This document shows, piece after piece, positions 15,545 through 24,000 of a stretch of DNA of 64,000 nt (its first letter is position 1; each line of letters opens with the position of its first letter). A program made the translations under genes and the position numbers. The notes beneath the pieces were generated by a model. It saw only the letters and a list, made by a program, of their open reading frames with translations, made no database searches and was not told the origin of the DNA. Source of the DNA: Solirubrobacterales bacterium (lineage in GTDB: Bacteria > Actinomycetota > Thermoleophilia > Solirubrobacterales > 70-9). The stretch is taken from assembly GCA_035700965.1 (NCBI GenBank), contig DASSOC010000001.1:2155-66154 (forward strand). Reading direction: 5' to 3'.

Positions 15545-17608
15545 CTAACCCAGCGCCAGCCCGAGATATTCCGCATACAGCCGTTCCATCATCGCTTCGA
15601 AGCCGTCGGGCGGCGCGTCGATGTCGATCGACACGGAGCGCGATGAGCGGGTGCGGCTGGCGTTGACGATGTAGCGGTAGCCGGGGATGGAGGAACCGAC
15701 GACTTCGATTTCGTCCCCGGCTTCGACGCAGTAGTAGGGCCAGCGCATCCCGTGCTCGTCTTCGACGTAGCCGGTGAGGGTGGCTTTGCCGGAACCGTCC
15801 AGCAGCTTGCTCTGCTCGAGGAAGGCTTCGCCCGCTTCGATCATCCCTTCGAGGGTCGCGATGCCCTTCATCTGGATCTTCGCGTAGCGCTTGATCCCGG
15901 CTTCGTTGGCCGGGTTCTGCGGGTCCCGGTCAAGCAGGCGTTCGCTGGTGTAGCGCAGGCCCGAGCCGGCGGGGCCGATGAAGAGCGTCGAGCCATCCGT
16001 GCCCTGTCCCTGCACGACGACGCCGTTGAAGACCTGGTCGAGCTGCTGACCGGTGTCTTCGAATTCGACCTCGTGCGAGCGCGCCCGCCAGCGTTTGCGG
16101 CCTTCCCGCTGGCCGCGGGGGTTCATGTAGAAGGTCGGCCCGAACTGTCCCGGCCACACCCCCCACTCCGGGATCTCGAAGCGGGTCGCCTGCTGGATCA
16201 TGTCCCCGACCGTGGTCGGTTCCTTGAAGGCCAGGTGGGGGATGAGGAAGCTGGTCGGCTTGATCGTCCCGTTGGCGCCGGTGGTGAAGTGGATGTCGGG
16301 AGCCCAGCGGGCGAGCGCGTTGGCGACGACATCGGAGGCGAGCACGCCGATCGCGGGCCAAGTTCCGTAGACCGGGATGCCATGGCGGCCAAGGATGCGC
16401 AGGTTTTTCCACTGCGTTTCCCACTTGCCCGTTTCGTTTCTCGACGTAGCCAGGTAGTCGCGCAGGAGGAGGTGAAAGCGCCCTTCGGCCACTGCCATCG
16501 ATTTGCCGGTGACGACCGCCGCATCGAGTTCGGCGAGGTTCTCCTGCAGCACCACCCCGTCGATCGAGGCGTAGACCTGGTCGGCCCAGTTCGTGTCCCC
16601 GATCGAGATGCCGGTGACCGGGCTGAAGTCGAGCATCACCACCCCGAGCGAGACTCCCTGAGAGTCGTACCAGGACTCGGCAACGTCGGGCGCTTTCAGT
16701 TCTTCGTTGCTGATCGTCGTCCACGAGTGAGAGATCGCGGGCACGCGGCTGTATGAGCTCGGGTTTTCGGGATCCGGAGAGCCGGCCGGGAGGAGCTGGA
16801 CCTGCGCGTTCGTGTATTTGTTGGTCGTGATTTCCGCCCGCCTGCGAGCCGACGTATCCCCCCAGGCGGTCATGTCCGCGTCGATGTAGATCTCCTGGGC
16901 GGTGTTGTCGTCGACCAGGCGCGATTCGTAGCCGGGCGCTGCCGGCGTCACCGAGATCCTGTCGCCGGAGATCTGCGCCGCCCGGGTCAGGAAGTAGACC
17001 CCCAGCGGCATCTGCCCGGCGCCGAAGAGCTCCGCCCGGCTCCCGCGCTTCAGGTCGCTGTAGTCGATCCCGGACTTGCGGGGAAGGGTCGCGGTCCAGT
17101 CCTTGTTGCCGCCGGGGACCGAGCCCGAGTCGGTCATCTCTTCGAGGATGCTGCCCGCCTGGCGGCCGTTCTCGGTCCAGTCGAAGGTCTTACCGCCCGG
17201 CGTGGTGACGAGGACCAGTACGTCCATCGGCATCGGCTCACGAACGATGCTCGCCTTTACCCGAAGCGTGAAGAAGCTGAGGGCTTCGCCTTTGGCTTCG
17301 CCGTTTTCGTTCGAGGCTGCGAGTCGGAAGTAGTAGGTGGTGTTCTTCTGCAGTCCTTCGACCCGCTCGGAGATGGCGACCGGTGCGCTGCCTTCCCCCG
17401 CATCACCACTTTTCGTCATAGGAGCGAAGGCCGGTTTCCCTTCTTCGCCTTCCTTCCAGTATTCGAACCAGTAGGTGGTCGCTGCGTTGTCGGGGTCGAC
17501 GCTGCCATGCAGGGTGGCCTTGGAGGCGCTGATCCCTTTCGCCGGTTCCGTCGTTGGAGCCGGCGGCCCCGAGAGATAGAAGGGGAGATACTGCTGGAGG
17601 AAGGCCAT
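15545..17608 (-). CDS. Tail protein with N-terminal FN3-like domain
   Basis: 687 aa. The FN3-like segment is ATLHGSVDPDNAATTYWFEYW...NTTYYFRLAASN. Lies in the tail module. Confidence 0.7.
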   Translation of the reverse strand: MAFLQQYLPFYLSGPPAPTTEPAKGISASKATLHGSVDPDNAATTYWFEYWKEGEEGKPAFAPMTKSGDAGEGSAPVAISERVEGLQKNTTYYFRLAASNENGEAKGEALSFFTLRVKASIVREPMPMDVLVLVTTPGGKTFDWTENGRQAGSILEEMTDSGSVPGGNKDWTATLPRKSGIDYSDLKRGSRAELFGAGQMPLGVYFLTRAAQISGDRISVTPAAPGYESRLVDDNTAQEIYIDADMTAWGDTSARRRAEITTNKYTNAQVQLLPAGSPDPENPSSYSRVPAISHSWTTISNEELKAPDVAESWYDSQGVSLGVVMLDFSPVTGISIGDTNWADQVYASIDGVVLQENLAELDAAVVTGKSMAVAEGRFHLLLRDYLATSRNETGKWETQWKNLRILGRHGIPVYGTWPAIGVLASDVVANALARWAPDIHFTTGANGTIKPTSFLIPHLAFKEPTTVGDMIQQATRFEIPEWGVWPGQFGPTFYMNPRGQREGRKRWRARSHEVEFEDTGQQLDQVFNGVVVQGQGTDGSTLFIGPAGSGLRYTSERLLDRDPQNPANEAGIKRYAKIQMKGIATLEGMIEAGEAFLEQSKLLDGSGKATLTGYVEDEHGMRWPYYCVEAGDEIEVVGSSIPGYRYIVNASRTRSSRSVSIDIDAPPDGFEAMMERLYAEYLGLALG

Positions 17609-17611
17609 CGC

Positions 17612-18979
17612 CTACGCCAATTTCGCCCAGGTTTCGCCCCAGTTCTTCGACACCCTGAGTTCGGTGGCGTTCGTCCCGAGCAGGATGCCGTTGCCCTGGT
17701 GGGTGATGTCTTCAGAGCGGCTGCTGCCGCCCGAGTGGGTGATTTTCGCCATCAGCCAGAGCGGCTTCCATTCGGCGTGGGTGGATTCGCTCCCGGTGGA
17801 GTTTTCGTAGATCCCCCAGGAGCCGATCTCCTTCCACTGGAAGTCGGAGTTGGTGCCTTCCAGCTTGACCATTTCCGCGCCGTACTTGATCCACTTGCCG
17901 TGGATGTTGCACGTCTCCATCCGGATGACGCTTTCAACGAGGCTCGACCCTTTGAAGAAGCCGATCCCCGGGCCGCCGGCGCCGTTGGGGTTGAACGAAG
18001 AGCGAAGCTCGAGGTGGACGCGCCCGAAGCTGCGGATCGCCCAGACCTTCGGGAAGAACTCGAATGACGTCTGGAGCTGCATGTGGACTTCGCCCCCGGC
18101 CACCACTTCGCCGGTCAGGTAGTCCTTGCAGAGGATCACCACGCCGCGGAGGTCCTCTTCGACGATGTTTTGGCGGGCCGCGCTCAGCTGGCCGCCGATC
18201 ACGCGGTAGTTCTTGCCCGACGATGCCACGTGCATCGCGCAGACTTCCCCTGCAAACCAGCAGTTCGTGAAGATCAGGTCTTCGCCGTTTTCTTCGCCTT
18301 TGCGGAGGTTCACGCCGACCCGACAGCAATTGAGGTCGGTGCGGCAGAGCTTGAACTCGACGCCGAAACAGTTGTGGGTCAGATCGAAACCAATGTCGTG
18401 GGAACCGGTGATGCTGAGCCGTTCGACCGTTCCGAGCCGCATCCCGTCGAGCACCAGAGCCGCCTTCCCGGTGGTCTTTGCGACTCCGGCGGTGGTGATC
18501 GCTGCGTTGCCCCCCGCGATGCCGAAGTCGTGGAGGTAGAAGCTAGGCCGGTTGCCTGAGCCTTCCGCGCCTGGGCCGACCGTGAGGGCGCTGAAGGTCG
18601 AGTTGTCGGGAATAAGCTGGGAGATCTTCGCGCCGAACCCGAACATCTCAAAGGTGTCGGTGACCGCAGTGAGGGCTTTGGTGGTCCGCATCTTCCCCGG
18701 GATGAAAAGCGGCCGCTTCTGCGCGATAGCGGCGGCAATCGCTTCTTCCAGAGCTTTGGTGTCATCAGTGCCGCTCCCGGTTGCTCCGGTGGAGTCGCAG
18801 ACCGCTCCATATTCGCGGGGATCGACGTGAGGACTCCGCAGGCGTTCCTCTGCGTCTTTCATCCATTCGGAGTCGATCAGCCCGGCGGTGCCTTTTTCGT
18901 CGGCATAGCTGCGGGGGGTCGTCGTTTTGAACGGCGGCATCGAGCCTCCTCTGGTCTTAGGCTTGGCGAAACGGGGCAT
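17612..18979 (-). CDS. Pectate-lyase-superfamily (beta-helix) tail spike / depolymerase-like protein
   Basis: YGAVCDSTGATGSGTDDTKALEEAIAAAIAQKRPLFIPGK resembles the Pectate_lyase_3 N-terminus. Confidence 0.65.
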   Translation of the reverse strand: MPRFAKPKTRGGSMPPFKTTTPRSYADEKGTAGLIDSEWMKDAEERLRSPHVDPREYGAVCDSTGATGSGTDDTKALEEAIAAAIAQKRPLFIPGKMRTTKALTAVTDTFEMFGFGAKISQLIPDNSTFSALTVGPGAEGSGNRPSFYLHDFGIAGGNAAITTAGVAKTTGKAALVLDGMRLGTVERLSITGSHDIGFDLTHNCFGVEFKLCRTDLNCCRVGVNLRKGEENGEDLIFTNCWFAGEVCAMHVASSGKNYRVIGGQLSAARQNIVEEDLRGVVILCKDYLTGEVVAGGEVHMQLQTSFEFFPKVWAIRSFGRVHLELRSSFNPNGAGGPGIGFFKGSSLVESVIRMETCNIHGKWIKYGAEMVKLEGTNSDFQWKEIGSWGIYENSTGSESTHAEWKPLWLMAKITHSGGSSRSEDITHQGNGILLGTNATELRVSKNWGETWAKLA

Positions 18980-19013
18980 GCCCGCTGTGAGGGCGAAGGT
19001 CCGAGCGGGAGCG

Positions 19014-21026
19014 CTACGTGCCGGGCACGTTCGACCAGCAGGGCCGGTAGCAGAGCTGCACGGCGAGTTTGTCCCGACCTGAGTCGGCGACGGATTCGAG
19101 GTCGCCGCGGCTGGTCATCACGGCGAGCTCGACAGGGGATTCCTCCGGTCCCGACACGGGGACGCGGGGGAGATCGGAAAGGCGCTTGGCGATCGGTCCG
19201 TAGGCGCTGCCGCCTTCAGGGCCTTCACGGAAGAGGCCCTGGTGGGAGAGCCATGCCTTACGGTTGGCGAAGTTTGCAGCATCAAAGGTGATCGGGAAGA
19301 CTTCAAAGTTGTCGTATTGCCGTACGGCAGCCTGGGCTGAGGTCGAGTGATCGTAGAGATAAGCGCTTCCTTCACCCAATGCCTGTCCTGGCGCCAAGTC
19401 TGGATCCTCGAAGCTGATCACTTGCTTGCCTGCGAAGCTGACTAGGACCTGGTTTTCGTAGAGGCAAGCTTCCAGCCTACCAGCGAGAGGGCTTGCGGCG
19501 CCTACATCGATGGGGAACGGGCCGTACGTGGTTGCGGCTTTCGCTTTGTATTTGATCAGGGTGACTGCCCACTTATTATCGGCGGAATGCCAGCCAGCAA
19601 TCACCGCAAAGAAGTTTTTCGAATCGACGTAACGCACTATGTAGCCAGAGGAGATGACCGTGGTCACAGGCAGAGTGAGATCGTGCGCGATGCCGTGATT
19701 GGAAAGTTTTGCCGAGCCGGCGCCTATAGCACGGCCGGGAAGCAGCCCTGCGATAAGGGTGCCGGTGTCGCTGAAGCTTTTTCGCCACAGGGCATGGGTT
19801 TCAGTGTTTATTTCGAAGTCGTGGGTATCTGAGCCGGATAGCACTACATAAGCGCTGCCGACTTGCGGTGACTTTCCCGTCGCGCTGCCAGCGGTCTGAT
19901 TGAAGGGGTCATAGACCGACGGCGCGACGAGCCCCTGCGTCAGGTGCTGCGGGGTCGTCGGTTTGCCCGAGCTCTCTAGAAGACTGCGGAACCAGATCCG
20001 GTCGAAGGAGACATCCTCCCTGCCAGCGGCCCCGCGGGCCTGTAGCAGTCCCCTCCAGCGGTGAGTGCCGATCGGCAGCTCCTCCAAATTCACCTGGCCG
20101 AGGCTGATGATGTAGAAGCCGTTTGATCCGGGGATCTTCATGGCGAGGTTTTCGCTGGGATCGACCAGGTCGCCGATGTCGTAGACGAGGCGCACTTCCG
20201 GCGGCGTTTCGCTGGTCGTATAGGCCCGGACCAGCACCTCGTAGACGCCGTGGTGGGGCATCGTCTTGGCGGCTACAGCCGTCCAGTTCGTGCCGAGGCT
20301 TGAATGCGTCACCACTTTGGGCGCCGCTGAGCCTGCGAGGGCCGCTTTCGCCGCTGCTCCGAATAGTTCCCATTCTTCGACGTTCATCGCCCAGGGAGCT
20401 TCGGCCGAGTAGCCCTCGCGGCGGAAGTGCCAGGGCAGGGCGAGCTGGTCGCGGCCGCTTTTCTCGGTGACGAAGATCTCGGCTCGGCCGGGCAGGTTGC
20501 CCTTGATCTGGAAGGTTTTGGCGACGTCGCCTGTCCCTTCGAACGCGGTTTCTTCGATCCGGTCGCCGTAGAAGTCGGGCAGGGCCTCGATCGTCAAGAC
20601 GGCATCGGGGTCGATCCCGTCTCTTGCCTGCGCGCTCCCTCCCCCCAACTTCAGGCTGGCTTTCACGCAGTCGGCGAAGAGCTTGCCGCCTGCTTCGCCG
20701 TAGGAGCCGCCGATCAGTTCGCGCTTGAGGTTGCCGCCGCCCTGGTGGTTCACCTTCGCAGCCCATGCCTGTACCGCTTCCCGGGCAGCGTCGAAGTCGC
20801 CGGTGGCACCGAGGACGAGCGGGATCGTGATCGTGCGGTTGGGGATTTCCTCGTCGACCGCCACTTCGCCCATCGCCACTTTCGCCATGAAGGCGTTGAT
20901 CTCGTAATCGCCCCAGTCGGGTCCGGCTTCGCCGATCTGGATGTTGCCGAGGTGGATGTCGAGTTCCACCCGGCCTTCGATCGCGACCTCGGAGGGGTCG
21001 AGGACGACGCGCTCTTTTCGATCCAT
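19014..21026 (-). CDS. Distal tail protein-like tail component
   Basis: 670 aa, directly downstream of the tape measure gene. Confidence 0.65.
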   Translation of the reverse strand: MDRKERVVLDPSEVAIEGRVELDIHLGNIQIGEAGPDWGDYEINAFMAKVAMGEVAVDEEIPNRTITIPLVLGATGDFDAAREAVQAWAAKVNHQGGGNLKRELIGGSYGEAGGKLFADCVKASLKLGGGSAQARDGIDPDAVLTIEALPDFYGDRIEETAFEGTGDVAKTFQIKGNLPGRAEIFVTEKSGRDQLALPWHFRREGYSAEAPWAMNVEEWELFGAAAKAALAGSAAPKVVTHSSLGTNWTAVAAKTMPHHGVYEVLVRAYTTSETPPEVRLVYDIGDLVDPSENLAMKIPGSNGFYIISLGQVNLEELPIGTHRWRGLLQARGAAGREDVSFDRIWFRSLLESSGKPTTPQHLTQGLVAPSVYDPFNQTAGSATGKSPQVGSAYVVLSGSDTHDFEINTETHALWRKSFSDTGTLIAGLLPGRAIGAGSAKLSNHGIAHDLTLPVTTVISSGYIVRYVDSKNFFAVIAGWHSADNKWAVTLIKYKAKAATTYGPFPIDVGAASPLAGRLEACLYENQVLVSFAGKQVISFEDPDLAPGQALGEGSAYLYDHSTSAQAAVRQYDNFEVFPITFDAANFANRKAWLSHQGLFREGPEGGSAYGPIAKRLSDLPRVPVSGPEESPVELAVMTSRGDLESVADSGRDKLAVQLCYRPCWSNVPGT

Positions 21027-24000
21027 CTACAGCCTCCTCCCTGCGCGGCGGGTGCCGACGCGACGTGCTTCCTGTTGCTGGTCGTGGTGGACGACCTTGC
21101 GTACTGCGGCCTCGAATTCCTGGCCCTGATAGACGCCGCTGACGCGGCCGTCGGGGTGGACATGCAGCTCCTCGAAGAGGATCGGCCCTCCCGATGCGTT
21201 GCCGCTCGCCGGCCCCAGCGCAGCCATCTGCTCCTCCGTGAAGACGCCCTCGCCGCCCTTGAGGACCATCGTGCGCTCCTGCGAGGAAGGACCGGGGACG
21301 ATCGCGCCAGTATGGGCCTTGCCCGCGTAGGGCGGCAGCACTTCGCCGCCGAGGCGGAAGCCCGGGCCGATCACCCCCTTCTCGATCGCCCGGATGATTT
21401 TTTCCTGGTTGGCCTGGGTGACGAGTTCGCGGAGGAGCGCCGTCGATTCGCTTTCGTCGGTGGAACCGCCACCGGTGCCTTCGAGGCCGTTGGCGGCCTG
21501 CAGCTTCTTCAGCCCGAGTTCTTCGATCGAGGTCTGGACATCCCAGATCGTCCCGCCGAGCCCGCCGACCGAGCGAGGCGGCTGCAGGGCCGAGGCCGGG
21601 AGGATTTCGTGCAGGTCGGGCCAGTGGATGCCCTGGATCCCCACCAACGCTTCCTCCAAGGTCCCCGTCCCTTCCAGCGGCGGCGCGGGCGGGTTGATCC
21701 GGTTGTTGTCCGGGTCGCCGGGGTAGAACTTTTCCCGCAGTTCGCCGATGAGCTGGCGGAGTTCCTGATCCTCGGTGCGTAGGAAGGGCAGTTTCCTTCG
21801 CCTCTTGTCCCGCTCCTTAATCTCGTTTTTGATCCATTTCGGAAGCTCTTTGGCTTTCGGGTGGTCGTGCTTGAAGCCGGCGATATCGGCGGCGACCCGT
21901 TCGGTGTACTGGTTGATCGCGGCGATTTCCGAGACCACTTCGTAGACCTTCTTTTCCGAGGTCGCCTCCATGCGCTGCACGGAGGGCTTGCCGGACCCGA
22001 AGCCGAAGATCTCTGCCTTGACGATCGCGGTCCGCCAACTCGCGAGGCGCCCGAGCAGGTCGCCATAGGCGCTCGTCTCGGGACCGTCGATGTAGCCGCT
22101 CAGCCGCCCGACGAAGGCTTTTTCTTCTTCAGCTTTCTTGCCGTCACTCCAGTTTGCGGGGAATTCGGGCATCTGCGGCTCCAGCGCGACTACCTCTTCG
22201 GCGCGTTCGTTTGCGATGTCGAAGTCGCGCTGCAGCCCTTCGATGATCTGCTCGTAGCCGGCGACCTTGCCGAGCTTGCCTTTGATCCGCCGCGAGAATT
22301 TCTTGCGGGCCGCTTCGAGCTTCACCTTGTGGAGGGCGCCGTGGAGCTGGCGCAGGAAGCCTTCGAGAGCCGTGATGTTGTGCGCGATGGCCTGGGCGAC
22401 CCCTGGGCGGTTCTTCTTTTCGGCGACCTGCTTGGCCTTGCGGTAGATGCGCAGCTCCTTGCGCCAGTGGTCGATCGCGGCTTCCAGGCCGTGGCGGTTC
22501 TTCGGCACCGAGGGAAGGTTGAGGCTGCGGGTCTTCGCCCCCTCGAAGAGGGCGGGGACCTTTTCCTTGAAGCTGTGTTCGTCGGATTCCTTGCCCGAGC
22601 CGCTGGCAGGCCGGATGAAGGCGCTGCCTTTGCCGTTGGCTTCGCTCAGGCCCAGTTCGGGCCAGGCGAGCTGGTGGATGTCGATCGAGTAGGCGGGCGT
22701 CCCCTGGCCGTAGCCGCGGTCCCGCTTGTAGAGCTTCGCGATCTTTCCGGTGGAGGCGATCTTCACATCGAGGGGGAACTCGAAGGGCAGCTCGCCGCTT
22801 CGGCCGAGAGCCTCGGCGATGTAGCCGTGGCCGGTGGATGCGCCGCTCGTCGTGGCGGTGCCGAGCTCGGCGTAGCCGTGGCCCTTCTGCAGGTCGCCGC
22901 CGGCGCCTGCGCCCGAGCCGGTGTAGATCGTGTAGCCGGTCTTCACCCAGCCGCCCTTGGCGAGCTTCTGGACGAGGCCGCCGAGCCTGTAGCCCCAGCC
23001 GACGAAGTGCGGGGAGCGGGGATTGAACGCCTCCTGGCCGTAGCGGACGATTGCCTGCTTGGCGCGGTCGGGGACCGTGCCGCCGCGCTGGAAGCCGGGC
23101 ATGTGGCGGAGCTGGAAGGAGCCATCCCAGCCGGAGTCTTCGTGCGCGCCCCCGCCGCTGCCGCCGGACTCGAAGTACTTCCACTTCCCGCCCGGCGCTT
23201 TGATTGCCATCATCGTGTGGGCGCTCATGCCCGAGGAGCCGCGAACGCCCCAGGTGAGGAACTTGCCCGGGCCGGGAGCGCCGAGCGTGTAGAGACCCGA
23301 GCCCTGCTGGACCGCGAGCGGCGTGTTGATGAAGTCGGCGGCGTGCAGGCCGTAGGAGACGTAGCCCGAGCAGTCGAAGGGGCCGTGGAAGCCGCCGTGG
23401 CCGCCGCCGTAGACGTAGGGCCAGCCCTTGTGGGCCTGGGCTTCCATCGCCCGCAGGGCGCGCAGGATCCGCGGCGGCTCCATGTGCGTGCGGTAGTACC
23501 GCTGAACCGCGTTGAAGCTGCGGTCGATCACGTCCTGGCCGAGGCTCTGCACCGGACCCGCAGGGCCGTTCAGCTTGGGATGCAACAGTCCGCCGGTCTG
23601 GAAACGGGGCACCGCCCGGTTGCGCGCCTCCAAGACGTCCTTGCCGATCGCGTGCACCGCGGCGGGGAAGTGGACGCGCTCACCGGGCTCGAGCATGACT
23701 GGGATCAGCCCCCCGGTCTGGAAGGGCAGGCCGCGGACAGCTTCGCGGTTTTCCACGAAGCTCCCGGCCGGGATCATCGTCTTGAAGGTGTCCCCCGAGC
23801 CGGTGCCCGGGACGATGAAGCCGCCGTCCTGCTTCTTCTGCGGCGGATGCCCCAGGCCGCTCTGCGTGGCTTCCCTCGCGTGGTGGTACTGCGAGGAAGC
23901 CGAGAGGGTCGAGAGCGAGAAGGTCGGCACCTTGGAGTCGCCGACAGCCGCCAGCGCGTTGGCGAGGTTGTCGAAGATGTTGCTGAGCGCCCCGCCGACG

